NCBI GenBank assembly: GCA_049510295.1
Contig: JBEKZC010000004.1
Span: 4,224-68,223, forward strand
Origin: Verrucomicrobiota bacterium
Lineage (GTDB): Bacteria; Verrucomicrobiota; Verrucomicrobiia; Limisphaerales; UBA11358
Direction: 5' to 3'
DNA: 64,000 bases
Part shown: in pieces, positions 1 through 9,115 of the stretch
Numbering within the stretch: position 1 is the first letter of the stretch
Layout: every line of letters starts with the position of its first letter
Notes under the pieces: model-generated
Seen by the model: the letters and a program-made list of their open reading frames with translations, nothing else
Told to the model about the DNA's origin: nothing
Database searches by the model: none
Position numbers and translations under genes: made by a program

Positions 1-1275
1 CATCATCGCCTTCAAACCATTCTGGACATCCAGGTTCTGGGTCACGTTGGCCACGAATCCGGTCCGCGAAAGAATCACGCCCGCGATCACACTTCCAACG
101 GTCCAGCCAATCTTGTTCGACATGATGGAAGCCGAAAACACGAGTCCGGTGGCCCGGCGGCCGGTTTTCCATTCGGAATAGTCGGCGGTATCGGCGTACA
201 GAACCCATAACAGCGCGGCAATGGGACCTCCCGCCAGTGAGCCGATGGTCTGAAAGACGAAAATCAGCAGCAAGTTTTCCGGTTTGAAGAAATAGAATGA
301 GCCGGTGCAAATCAAGGCGGTGACGAAAAGAATGATCAACGCATTCTTTCTCCCGCAGACTTTTGCGAACCACGGGACCAGAATCACCCCCAATATGGCC
401 AAGGCCTGCCCGATGGTATTGAAAGCGGACGCCAACACCTCAAAACCGTATTTATGAGTTTTACCGAAGAGGGTGACTTCCTGTTCTCCGATGTAATACT
501 TGAAATAGTGGGTGGTCACACTCATGCGGATGCACACAAACAGGATGAATAGAATCGTCACGCCAAACAACAACATCCAGGGCACGTTTTGGGTCAGGTC
601 CCCCAGGTCCCGGGTGATGGAGGTTTTTTCCTTGGCGATGGGGTGAATGCGTTCGCGGGTTGAAAGGAAAGTGATCAAAAAGAGGATGACTGCCGCCACG
701 CCATAAATGGCCAGGGTCGTTTGCCACCCCTTGGCAACGTTACCCTGTCCAAAATGTTCCGCAAACGGCAGGGCCGTGGCGGAAACGATAAAACCGCCCA
801 AATAAGCGCCGATGAATTTAAAGGATGAGGCGCTCGTTCTTTCGACCGGGTCCCCGCTGATGACCCCCAGCAAAGCCGTGTAGGGAATGTTGATGGCCGA
901 ATACATGAACATGAAAAAGATGAAAGTGACATAGGCGTAAACCATTTTCCCCGCTCCGCCAAAACTGGGCGTGGTAAATGCCAGAACCGCCGAAACCGCC
1001 AGCGGAACCGCCATCCACAATAAATAGGGTCTGAACTTGCCCCACCGGGTGTTGGTCCGGTCCGCAGTCATGCCAATGACCACGTCAAAAAAAGCATCCA
1101 ACAACCGGGAGACCCCGATCATGATTCCGGCGGCAGCGGCGGCCAGGCCGAACACATCGGTATAAAAGAAAAGCAGATACAACGTGATAGTCTGCCAGAA
1201 CAGACAGGAGGCCAAATCACCAAACCCGTAAACGGCTCTTTCCCTTAATGAACATTTCTGGATTTCGTTGCTCAT
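1..1275 (-). CDS. GPH-family (MelB/XylP/YicJ-like) glycoside-pentoside-hexuronide:cation symporter; C-terminus runs off the window
   Basis: I translated the minus strand from the ATG at 1275. It reads MSNEIQKCSLRERAVYGFGDLASCLFWQ..LFFYTDVFGL..VSRLLDAFFDVVIGMTADRTNTRWGKFRPYLLW and stays open for all 425 codons to position 1. It has many hydrophobic spans. It is absent from the ORF track because it has no in-window end. Confidence 0.75.
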   Translation of the reverse strand, partial: MSNEIQKCSLRERAVYGFGDLASCLFWQTITLYLLFFYTDVFGLAAAAAGIMIGVSRLLDAFFDVVIGMTADRTNTRWGKFRPYLLWMAVPLAVSAVLAFTTPSFGGAGKMVYAYVTFIFFMFMYSAINIPYTALLGVISGDPVERTSASSFKFIGAYLGGFIVSATALPFAEHFGQGNVAKGWQTTLAIYGVAAVILFLITFLSTRERIHPIAKEKTSITRDLGDLTQNVPWMLLFGVTILFILFVCIRMSVTTHYFKYYIGEQEVTLFGKTHKYGFEVLASAFNTIGQALAILGVILVPWFAKVCGRKNALIILFVTALICTGSFYFFKPENLLLIFVFQTIGSLAGGPIAALLWVLYADTADYSEWKTGRRATGLVFSASIMSNKIGWTVGSVIAGVILSRTGFVANVTQNLDVQNGLKAMM

Positions 1276-1708
1276 CGGTTCCTCTCAGGTTTCATGGGTT
1301 TGTTCGTTGACGCCTGAATTTGGGGGAAGATGGGGCTTTGAGTTTTGATGTTACGCGGCCAAGTGGAAATTGATTCTGCCCGTTCGCATGGCGGCCATTG
1401 TATCCGGGCCGCCGGCACGGTCGAGACCAAAATGGCGTTGCACCCGGAGCGGGACACATTCGGGCACTGCTTCCGAACGTAACCGGATTGGAGCGCGGCT
1501 GTGTGCAAAGCACCAGCCGCAGCGCGTGGAAAAGCTTTGCGGCATCAGGCGTAGTCCCACAGACTGGTTTTGCAAAGCTGCTGCGGCGGGTCCCGCTTTG
1601 CGGGACACAGCCGCGCTCCGGCGGCAGCGTCAAAGCGCGCCCGCGCGCCCATGGCTGCGTAGAATCCAGTTGGCTGTTCGTGTGCTCTCCGCTTTAATGC
1701 CACTTCAC

Positions 1709-2518
1709 ATGAGCATTGCCTGTCAGATTGTTGTGTGTGGCAGCATCGTGCCGGACCCGCTCCAGACCCTGGAGCCGGTGACCGGCCCGGCTGGCCCCGC
1801 ATTGAAAAATGAAATGATGCTGCCCGCCATCCTCGACCCGTGGGCGGGCCACGCGCTTTACGAGGCGGCCAACCTGACAAAAAATGCACCCGGCTCCAAA
1901 GTCTGGCTCGTCAGCCTCGGCCCCAAGGCCAAACTCCAGCAGGTGATGATGACCATCGCGCAAAAGGTGCCGTTCGAGTTGATCGCACTCGACGGTCCCG
2001 CCAGCGGGTTCACCGAGGCGGCGGAGGTCGCGGCGGCGCTGGCCGAGGCCATCCAGGCCATCCCCGGGCTCGACAAATCGAAGCTGCTCGTGTTCGGCGG
2101 CTGGGAATCCGCGTCGCGCGGCGCGGGCGCGACGATGCAGATGGTTGGCGAACATCTCGGCATCACCGACCAGTTCCAGGGCGTGGATGAACTCAAAATC
2201 GCAGCCGATGGTTCGCTGGAAATTCTGGAACGCATCGAGTGCGGCAAACACCAGATTTCAAAATGCGCCGGCCCGCCCGCCCTGCTCGGCTGGGCCACCG
2301 GCAATCTGCCGGAGCCGAAAAACAACCCGCAAGTGGGCATGGTGAACATGCGCACTGTGATGCCCGCGCTGCAAAAGGCCAAGCCGGTGAAACTCGCCGG
2401 CGAAGGCTTGAGCTTCGCCAGCGTCTCGCTCCCGAAACAATTGCGCGAAACCAAAATCGTGAAGGACAAGTCGGCCGACGACATCGCAAAGGAAATCGTC
2501 GAGTGGATAAAAAAATGA
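1709..2518 (+). CDS. Electron transfer flavoprotein beta subunit / FixA-like
   Basis: This is the 3' part of ORF 1370..2518. The first ~110 codons are Arg/Ala-rich read-through of GC-rich intergenic repeat DNA. A plausible start is the ATG at 1709 (or 1697): MSIACQIVVCGSIVPDPLQ.. The length and the VPD N-terminus fit the ETF-beta family. An ETF-alpha-like gene follows 40 nt downstream. Confidence 0.65.
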   Translation: MSIACQIVVCGSIVPDPLQTLEPVTGPAGPALKNEMMLPAILDPWAGHALYEAANLTKNAPGSKVWLVSLGPKAKLQQVMMTIAQKVPFELIALDGPASGFTEAAEVAAALAEAIQAIPGLDKSKLLVFGGWESASRGAGATMQMVGEHLGITDQFQGVDELKIAADGSLEILERIECGKHQISKCAGPPALLGWATGNLPEPKNNPQVGMVNMRTVMPALQKAKPVKLAGEGLSFASVSLPKQLRETKIVKDKSADDIAKEIVEWIKK

Positions 2519-2558
2519 GACACGGATTGCACGAATTAACACGAATTTGTTGAAGCAC

Positions 2559-3599
2559 ATGGAAACAATTCTCGTTCTCGCCCACACCGAACCCGATGGC
2601 TCGCTCGCCAAGTCCGCCCGCGAAGCGTTGCACGCGGCCCGCACCCTGAACAAATTGCTCGCCGGCTCCAGCCTCGTCGTGGGCCTGGTCGGCGAAAGCG
2701 TCCAGGCGGCGGCGGACTCCATCGCCGCCTGCCCCGCCACGAAATATTTCGGCGTGACCGGCAAAGACTTCGCCCAATCGCGCTACGCGTCCGACGCAGC
2801 GGCGGCGGAAGCCATTTGCAAATCGGCCCAGGCCACGCTCGTCGTCGCTCCGGCGACGTCGCGCTGGGCGCGCGTGCTGCCCGGCGTCGCGCAACGCCTC
2901 GGCGGACGAGCCGACACCCATGTGACGGGTGTTTCCGATGCGGGCGGCAAGCCGGCCATCAACCGCTGGTATTACCGCCAGCGAATGGAAGCCACGCTCA
3001 CCCGCGCGCAACGACCCTGGTTCATTCTCGTTGACCCCGGCAGCCAGACCGCGTGCGAATGCGGCGCCGGCACGGCCAAGATTGAAGCGGTGACCGTGAA
3101 TCTGCCGGAGTCCGGCAAGCGCACCACAGTGGTTGGCATCCGCGAACCGAAGGCCGACGCCCAAACCATCCGGCCCGACGCAGAACTGCTGTTCGTGACC
3201 GGCGCGGGTTGGACGAAGAAACAGGCCGACGGCCAGACGCACGTGCCGGAAGCGGAAAAATTGATCCGCGGTTTTCTCCAAGTCAGCCGCGCGTCGCTGG
3301 GCAGCAGCAAATCGCTGGTGGACCTCGGCGGCGAAGGCCAGGCCGTGCTGTCGTTCCTGTCGCACCTGAACCAGATTGGCCAGACCGGCTCGACGCCGCG
3401 TCATGCGAAGGGATTGAGCACCTGCTGTCACGGCGAGGAACCGCACACCGTCGGCTGGCGTTTCATCAACGAGCGCCGCGCCATCAGCTTGGACCCAAAC
3501 TGCGGCTGGGCCCGCGGCAAAGCCGACGTCCTCTACGTGGCCGACGCCTTCGCCGTGATGGGAAAAGTGAACGAACTGCTGGCGGCGAAGAAAAGCTGA
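2559..3599 (+). CDS. Electron transfer flavoprotein alpha subunit-like (divergent)
   Basis: Start is the ATG at 2559 (METILVLAHTEPDG..). The C-terminus ..NQIGQTGSTP..AISLDPNCGWARGKADVLYVADAFAVMGKVNELL aligns by eye with the ETF-alpha FAD domain. The usual GISGAIQH signature position reads CCHGEEPH. Confidence 0.6.
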   Translation: METILVLAHTEPDGSLAKSAREALHAARTLNKLLAGSSLVVGLVGESVQAAADSIAACPATKYFGVTGKDFAQSRYASDAAAAEAICKSAQATLVVAPATSRWARVLPGVAQRLGGRADTHVTGVSDAGGKPAINRWYYRQRMEATLTRAQRPWFILVDPGSQTACECGAGTAKIEAVTVNLPESGKRTTVVGIREPKADAQTIRPDAELLFVTGAGWTKKQADGQTHVPEAEKLIRGFLQVSRASLGSSKSLVDLGGEGQAVLSFLSHLNQIGQTGSTPRHAKGLSTCCHGEEPHTVGWRFINERRAISLDPNCGWARGKADVLYVADAFAVMGKVNELLAAKKS

Positions 3600-3739
3600 C
3601 TTCAAAACCGAAGTAGCCGTCCCGTTAAGCGGGATCAATCGGCGCAAACTTTTTTGCCAGCAAGAATTGACATTCGAGTTTTACTCCGGGCGAGACGGCT
3701 GGCTCCCGTTCGCTGCCCCCTACTACGGGTTGAAAATTT

Positions 3740-4216
3740 TCATTCTTTCAAGATGTCCCCAGACGACTCATCGAACTCCAAGAACTCGACTCCATCCGGG
3801 ATCAGGTGCGGGTATGTCCTGCGATAGTAAGAAAGCAGACTCTCGCCGCTGCCTTGCCGTCGGTCGTGGAGAACAAAAAGAATCTTCCTGAAATCACTTG
3901 GGGCTAGCTGGAAATAGAACATCGCCTCATTCCAGACTGTCATCTTTGCGCTGGGTACCTTCGCGCCTTCCGTCCACCGGTGCGACTTACACTCGACGAG
4001 AATCTTCGGGTTTGAGGCGCCGAGATCAAAGCAGTGCTTCTTCTTCTCTTTTAGTCCAATGTGAAGCGGAAAATTTGGCGTGAGAACGATGCCTTTCTTC
4101 GCGAAATACCCCAAGGCAACTCCTTCAAATCTGGCTCCGACATGTGCGTTACTGATCGCACCGATTCTTTGGTGAGGCCGGTTCATTCTTTTACCCAACG
4201 TCCAAAGATCAGCCAC
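3740..4216 (-). CDS. Hypothetical protein with a PD-(D/E)xK-type nuclease motif
   Basis: 158-aa ORF in a visibly AT-richer patch. The segment ..HCFDLGASNPKILVECKSH.. fits a D-x(n)-E-x-K restriction-endonuclease-like core. Confidence 0.5.
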   Translation of the reverse strand: MADLWTLGKRMNRPHQRIGAISNAHVGARFEGVALGYFAKKGIVLTPNFPLHIGLKEKKKHCFDLGASNPKILVECKSHRWTEGAKVPSAKMTVWNEAMFYFQLAPSDFRKILFVLHDRRQGSGESLLSYYRRTYPHLIPDGVEFLEFDESSGDILKE

Positions 4217-4408
4217 GCGAGACCAAATGACGTGAACCGCAAAGCGGAACTGGAACGCCCATCTCGCGTTGGCTGTAGCTGGAGCCTGTGTGAAAACTCA
4301 TTTTTCGACCATCCAATCCATCGGCTTGTTTCGTCAAAACACCTTGCGACAAAAATTTGATCGTTACCGAATCTCAGGTCAGCATTTTTCACACAGCCTC
4401 GCGATTTG

Positions 4409-4573
4409 TTAGACCACCTGTGCATGGGATTCTTGACCGTCATAAGCTAATGCGTGAAGCTCTGAAGCCTCAAGCGTCTTGTTTAACGTCCTTAAAAGCT
4501 GTTCAACCGCAGTGCAACTTTTGGTGGCGAAATCTTCAGTGATCATCTTCTCCAAATTGGACTCAAGCTTCAT
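4409..4573 (-). CDS. Small ORF (54 aa) directly downstream of the HEPN-like gene
   Basis: I translated this by hand: MKLESNLEKMITEDFATKSCTAVEQLLRTLNKTLEASELHALAYDGQESHAQVV*. It starts 24 nt after the stop of 4597..4971. It is below the ORF-track size cut-off, and I recognise no homology. Confidence 0.25.
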   Translation of the reverse strand: MKLESNLEKMITEDFATKSCTAVEQLLRTLNKTLEASELHALAYDGQESHAQVV

Positions 4574-4596
4574 GGCGAAAACCTGTCCGTAGTCAT

Positions 4597-4971
4597 CTAG
4601 GGTGCGGTTTTTTCTATTTTTAGATGTTTCGGTTTGGCGTGGGCAATGCGGTTACGGAAAATAATGAGAAGGCGAGCAGTCTGCCACGGCTGTCTCCCGA
4701 AATCTGGTGTAACGTCACATCTCGTGGCAACGAGTCGCAACTTCGCTATCGGGCTGGCACTCTCAAAGTCCTTCCAATCGGGAATCAAAAACTCTCCATA
4801 GCTGTTGCCAATAGCTTCAATGGACAACGCTGACAGCAAAATGGCCCCCAGCCAGCTGTAATAGCAACCATCCCTCTTTTCTTTTGCTGTTCTTAGATGA
4901 TACTGCGCACCTCGCAAAAGCAAAAGATGCGGATTAAACCTACGTTCTATTTTGGTGCGGACGACTGACAT
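4597..4971 (-). CDS. HEPN-like small protein (Rx4H motif)
   Basis: 124-aa ORF whose C-terminal part ..LLIIFRNRIAHAKP.. contains R-x4-H. Its size and helical character fit stand-alone HEPN toxin-type proteins. Confidence 0.45.
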   Translation of the reverse strand: MSVVRTKIERRFNPHLLLLRGAQYHLRTAKEKRDGCYYSWLGAILLSALSIEAIGNSYGEFLIPDWKDFESASPIAKLRLVATRCDVTPDFGRQPWQTARLLIIFRNRIAHAKPKHLKIEKTAP

Positions 4972-4992
4972 ACTTTGGTGGTCTAAAAGTAT

Positions 4993-5090
4993 TATTCGGA
5001 CAAACTCACTTTATCATTTGATGTCTTTTGCCGGGAAAAGCCAAAGTCCGAATGCCTTGTCCCTTCCCGCCAGCCTGACTTCGCGGGCAT
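4993..5090. repeat. Rep-A intergenic repeat, copy A (short form)
   Basis: ttattcggacaaactcactttatcatttgatgtcttttgccgggaaaagccaaagtccgaatgccttgtcccttcccgc..cgcgggcat; it matches copies B-E. Confidence 0.85.
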
Positions 5091-5124
5091 CCGGCGTTGG
5101 CTCCAATAATCTTGTTCGGAGATG

Positions 5125-5361
5125 TCATTGGGCCGCGAATTTAGGATCAGCGTAGAACTCCAGGAATCCACATTTCTGACAACGGAAGGCTCCGATCGGC
5201 ATACCGTCAAGCAATGGCGCCTTCGTCCTGGTCCAAAATGACTTCTTCGGTTGGCCTTCGTGCCAGCCCCCGACGAGAACCGCGCCGTATGAATAATCCG
5301 GCACAAACCCTTGAACCATCTCACCTTTGCATTTTGGACACTGCAATGTTTCGTTGTTCAT
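5125..5361 (-). CDS. Small zinc-ribbon protein
   Basis: 78 aa with CPKC near the N-terminus and CQKC near the C-terminus (MNNETLQCPKCKGEMVQG..FRCQKCGFLEFY). Confidence 0.55.
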   Translation of the reverse strand: MNNETLQCPKCKGEMVQGFVPDYSYGAVLVGGWHEGQPKKSFWTRTKAPLLDGMPIGAFRCQKCGFLEFYADPKFAAQ

Positions 5362-5394
5362 AGTCGTTTAGCGTCAGCTTGTCGCCGAACAGCA

Positions 5395-5736
5395 TTATCC
5401 GAACAAACTCACTTTGTCATTTGATGTCTTTAGCCGGGAAAAGCCAAAGTCCGAAGGCCTTGTCCCTTTCCGCTCGATTCTGATTTCGCGGGCATGATGC
5501 GCCCCGGCCATGACCAGTCAACCCCTTTTGGTTTGTCCGCGGCCGGGTGAGTGAATTTTCACGCCAAGGCGCAAAGACGCAAAGCAAACTTTTTGGAGTG
5601 CGGCGGGAATCCCGCAGCGCGGGAGCCACGCCGCTTTTACAGCGTTGGGCGTTGTCCGAAAGCGGTGTCGCCGTTGGCACTCTGCCACCGCAGTCCAAAA
5701 TCCTCGCGTCTCTGCGTTAAAGAATTTGAAGGCAGA
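5395..5736. repeat. Rep-A intergenic repeat, copy B (long form)
   Basis: It has the same ~140-bp core as copy A. It also has a ~200-bp extension (..gtgagtgaattttcacgc..ttttggagtgcggcggg..ctgccaccgcagtccaaaatcc.cgcgtctctgcgtta) that is shared with copy C. Confidence 0.85.
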
Positions 5737-5773
5737 TACCCAGGGCGTTGCCCCGGGCCTGGCAAAGCAACGT

Positions 5774-7111
5774 TCACTTCGCCCGCCCTTTCAGAAATGC
5801 CGGCACCACCTCATTCTGCAGGATTTGGTCCAACGTCTGGCGTTTTCGGATAAGCTCGACCGAGCCGTTTCCGGAGATCATGACTTCCGCAGCTTCCGGA
5901 AAGGAATTATAGTTCTTGGCTGCCATGCTCGAGCAATAGGCTCCAGCGCCGCCGAGCACTACCAGGTCGCCAATCCGTGTTTCCGGGAGCAGACGCGGTT
6001 GCAGGCCTTCCGGGCTTCCCGGCGCGGGTGTAAGCACATCACCACTTTCGCAGCAGTGTCCAACGACGACATACTTTACACGGCTGCGTCTTCCTGTCGC
6101 GCCACGCACGATTTCGATGGGATGTTGTGCCCCGTACATGCTGGGCCGGAGAATCTCGGTCATCCCGGTGTCCACCTTGAGAAACTTATAACCGCGACGC
6201 CCCGTATCCACGACGTCGATGACCGTCGCGATCAGGGCGCAGGAATTGGCCACCAGATACGTGCCTGGCTCCACTTCAAGATGCAGCCTTCGCCCATGTT
6301 TTGCTTCGAATGATCGAAATGCCTCCATGATGGGAAGGCCGATCTTCCGCAAGTCTGTCGTTTCTTCGCCCTTCACTCTGCCGATTTTATATCCGCCACC
6401 CAGATTCAGCACGGTCACGTCACACAGGCGCGAGCATGTGTCCAATGACATCAATGCCACGTGTTGCCAAACCTTCGGGTCGCTCCCCGATCCAATGTGC
6501 GTGTGCAGACGAGTGAACTTGAGGCCGTACTTCCGTCCGACTGCCAGCGCCTCATCCAGGTGTTCATGCCAGATGCCGAAACTGGCCGCAGGCCCGCCGA
6601 CGTTTGTCCGGTTGTTGTGCCCCGAACCCAGACCGGGATTGACACGAATCGACAGTTGACGGCCGGGAAACAGTGCCCCAAATGCGTGGATTTGTGCAAT
6701 CGAGCAGGCATTGAACAAGACGCCCCTGGTCACCAGTTCCTTCAGATTGTCCGGCACCTGTTGCGCCGTGAGTTGGATTCTTTCAGGGGAAACACCGGCG
6801 CGGAGCGAGCGCTCGATCTCATAGCCGCTGCTGGCATCAATATGCAGACCGGCATCGGCCAACACCTTGATCACTGCGCGTGTTGGACAAGCTTTCGCCG
6901 CATAGCGGGCCGTCAGGCCGAAAGCATTGGGAAAGCCAAGGACCAGGCAGGCCTGATGCTCCAACGTCCTCTGATCATATACAAAAACCGGTGTCCCAAA
7001 CTCCCGATGGATGGAACGTGCTTTATCTTCAGTAAGAAACGGGACCGACTTCATGCTCGCGCTCTCTTGAATCATGCTCTTTCTGTCCTTCACGTCCGTT
7101 TGCAAGGCCAA
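5774..7111 (-). CDS. Fold-type III PLP-dependent decarboxylase, diaminopimelate decarboxylase (LysA)-like
   Basis: 445-aa ORF with these motifs: ..ARYAAKAC.. (PLP lysine), HTHIGSG, LNLGGGY, EPGTYLVA, GHCCESGDVL, GAGAYCSSMAAKNYNSFP. The start may instead be the internal Met at 7075 or 7054. Confidence 0.75.
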   Translation of the reverse strand: MALQTDVKDRKSMIQESASMKSVPFLTEDKARSIHREFGTPVFVYDQRTLEHQACLVLGFPNAFGLTARYAAKACPTRAVIKVLADAGLHIDASSGYEIERSLRAGVSPERIQLTAQQVPDNLKELVTRGVLFNACSIAQIHAFGALFPGRQLSIRVNPGLGSGHNNRTNVGGPAASFGIWHEHLDEALAVGRKYGLKFTRLHTHIGSGSDPKVWQHVALMSLDTCSRLCDVTVLNLGGGYKIGRVKGEETTDLRKIGLPIMEAFRSFEAKHGRRLHLEVEPGTYLVANSCALIATVIDVVDTGRRGYKFLKVDTGMTEILRPSMYGAQHPIEIVRGATGRRSRVKYVVVGHCCESGDVLTPAPGSPEGLQPRLLPETRIGDLVVLGGAGAYCSSMAAKNYNSFPEAAEVMISGNGSVELIRKRQTLDQILQNEVVPAFLKGRAK

Positions 7112-7114
7112 CAG

Positions 7115-7447
7115 TATTTTTCGGACAAACTCACTTTGTCATTTGATGCCTTTTACCGGGAAAAGCCAAAGTCCGAATGACTTGTCCATTCCCGCTTGTT
7201 CTGATTTCGCGGGCATGATGCGCCCCGGCCATGACCAGTCAACCCCTTTTGGTTTGTCAGTGGTTGGGTGAGTGAATTTTCACGCAAAGGCGCCAAGGCG
7301 CAACCAAACGTTTTGGAGTGCGGCGGGAAGCGAAGCGCCACGCCGCTTTTGCAGCATTGGTCGGGATTCCAAAGCGGTGTCGCTGCTGCGCTCTGCCACC
7401 GCAGTCCAAAATCCACGCGTCTCTGCGTTATAATATTTGAAGGCCGA
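7115..7447. repeat. Rep-A intergenic repeat, copy C (long form)
   Basis: Near full-length match to copy B. It begins 3-4 nt from the decarboxylase start codon. Confidence 0.85.
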
Positions 7448-7503
7448 CAGGCAGCGTTCTGTCAGAATCCAATCTCATAATGTGTTTTGCACAAGAACTC
7501 TCT

Positions 7504-8331
7504 TCAGACCAGTGTCTGTTCATACAATTCGGCGTATTTGTCCGGGTAAAAGATCGGGGCGGCGTGTCCCAGGTTGCCCATGTCAAACACTTCCACGGCG
7601 CGGCCAAACAGCCTTTCGTATCGGGGAAAGTCCCGCTGGCTCTGGGTCGGATCATTGTCAGCTTTGAGCACAATGATGCGGCCGGTCCAGTTTCGATAAG
7701 CGGCGGGAGTGACGAGGCCCCTCCGGATCAAATCGGCAGCCACGGCAAAATGCGACACCACATCGGCACGGGACAGATCGTTTTGCATAACTTCGTGAAT
7801 GGCTTCCACCCATTCGGCGCGCCCGGCTTCCGACGAGGGAATGACTTTGAGCAGTGCGCTGGTCAGCAGCTTTTTGATCATCCTTTCAGGCAGGAGACGC
7901 ACCAGTGCAATGGCGGCATAATTCGCAGCCAGCCAGACCTTGCCGTAATCCGCCGGACCAGCGCTGGAAAGGATTAGCCGTTTCACACCCCTGGTCTTGT
8001 GCGCCAGATATGCCTGTGCCAGCAATCCGCCATACGACTGGCCTCCAAGCGCAAAGATGTCGATGCCTTCGGTTTGCAGGATGGCGTCAAAGGCGGTGAA
8101 AAACTCATCAATCGTCTGCACGGGCGGGTAATCAGGGGCGATGACGGTATGGCGTGCGGCCAACTTTTCCAGAAAGGCGAATCCGAATGACGCCCGGCGC
8201 AGTCCGCCGGGGAGCAAAAAGATGGGCGCGCCCGTGCCGAGGCGGCAGTAATGCCAAGCGGTATGGTTGACAATGACCGTCTTCCCAAACCGGTCAGAAA
8301 AGTGTTTCATTTGCGCCCAAATAGTCATCAC
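7504..8331 (-). CDS. Alpha/beta-fold hydrolase
   Basis: 275 aa with a GxSxG nucleophile elbow (LGGQSYGGLLAQ) and an HG-type oxyanion region (FLLPGGLR). Confidence 0.7.
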   Translation of the reverse strand: MMTIWAQMKHFSDRFGKTVIVNHTAWHYCRLGTGAPIFLLPGGLRRASFGFAFLEKLAARHTVIAPDYPPVQTIDEFFTAFDAILQTEGIDIFALGGQSYGGLLAQAYLAHKTRGVKRLILSSAGPADYGKVWLAANYAAIALVRLLPERMIKKLLTSALLKVIPSSEAGRAEWVEAIHEVMQNDLSRADVVSHFAVAADLIRRGLVTPAAYRNWTGRIIVLKADNDPTQSQRDFPRYERLFGRAVEVFDMGNLGHAAPIFYPDKYAELYEQTLV

Positions 8332-8365
8332 TCAACCTCCAGTCATTTACGGCGAGTCAACAGTC

Positions 8366-8501
8366 TTATTCGGACAAACTCACTTTATCATTGGATTTCT
8401 TTTGCCGGGAAAAGCCAAAGTCCGAAGGCCTTGTCCCTTCCCGCTCAATTCTGATTTCACGGGCATGATGCGCCCCGGCCATGACCAGTCAACCCCTTTT
8501 G
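8366..8501. repeat. Rep-A intergenic repeat, copy D (short form)
   Basis: cttattcggacaaactcactttatcattggatttcttttgccgggaaaagccaaagtccgaaggcc..gggcatgatgcgccccggccatgaccagtcaacccctttt. Confidence 0.85.
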
Positions 8502-8603
8502 CACCTTTGCACAACCGGCGTAGCGACTTCTCGGCAGAGAGCCGCACCCTTCAGTTTGCCGGAGGAATGCGGCGGTCTGCCGACCGCCGCTACGATGAAA
8601 GTG

Positions 8604-9083
8604 CTAGGATTTCTTTTTCTTTTGGGATGCGACCTTGAAAAACGTCCGGGGCCTTCGCTTGCCTTTCTGCGGAGTCTTCCGGCCCTTTTTTTCAACGGTC
8701 CCGCCTTGAACCTCATCCGAAGGACCTTGACGTACACATTCGCATCGGCAGGGAATCTGGTAGATGTCGCAAGGGTCATGCGCTCCACCACAGGGTTGTG
8801 GCCCCGAATCGCAATCACAGGGGGGTTGAGGATCGCAGCCACAGGACCCCGCTTCGCGGTCACTGTCGGGCCCGGGCAGAGGATCGGGACTGGGGTGGGG
8901 AGGGGGGTCTGGCTGATCGACACAAGGAAGGGGGCCTGCAGGCTCGCAGGCACAGGGGGGCAGAGGATCGTAGCCGGCGCACTCCGGTGGGCAGTCAATG
9001 CCGGCCTTCAACTTGGCGGCGGAAGCGCGAGATTGTTTGTTGGATGAAATAATCCGAATTTTAGGACGTTCGTTTTTAATCAT
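8604..9083 (-). CDS. Cys/Pro/Asp-rich peptide (159 aa), putative second precursor of the radical-SAM cluster
   Basis: ATG at 9083 preceded by aggaaaggaaa. Basic N-terminus (MIKNERPKIRIISSNKQ), 14 Cys mostly in CxC[DE] or PC contexts (CACE, CGCD, CDCD, CRCEC), and a Lys-rich tail. Other frames are also open here (GC-rich), so the frame choice rests on motif paralogy with 9116..9334. Confidence 0.5.
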   Translation of the reverse strand: MIKNERPKIRIISSNKQSRASAAKLKAGIDCPPECAGYDPLPPCACEPAGPLPCVDQPDPPPHPSPDPLPGPDSDREAGSCGCDPQPPCDCDSGPQPCGGAHDPCDIYQIPCRCECVRQGPSDEVQGGTVEKKGRKTPQKGKRRPRTFFKVASQKKKKS

Positions 9084-9115
9084 GGCGAGTTTCCTTTCCT
9101 AGTTTGGGTTTTGGT

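Noticed and set aside
1370-1708. Upstream 110 codons of the etfB ORF, and overlapping ORFs at 1272-1889
   Set aside because: This is Arg/Ala/Pro-rich translation of GC-rich repeat-like intergenic DNA (the gcggcggg..ccgcttt family), with no ETF homology.
2193-3647. 484-aa minus-strand ORF covering the etfB/etfA region
   Set aside because: It is antisense to two genes with clear family motifs. The product is Arg/Ala/Gly-rich low-complexity sequence, typical of shadow ORFs in GC-rich coding DNA.
5417-5853. ORFs inside Rep-A copies (for example 5551..5853, 5417..5698, 7153..7416, 7268..7480) giving ..ECGG..ALCHRSPKS.. peptides
   Set aside because: They exist only because the repeat is open in several frames. 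Similar pseudo-proteins arise at each copy regardless of context.
8481-9047. Alternative-frame ORFs (8481..9047 +, 8489..8998 -) over the Cys/Pro-rich peptide gene
   Set aside because: They are GC-rich shadow frames. Only the 8604..9083 frame has an RBS-like sequence, a basic leader and the CxC[DE] motif shared with the neighbouring peptide. Confidence in that frame is still only moderate.
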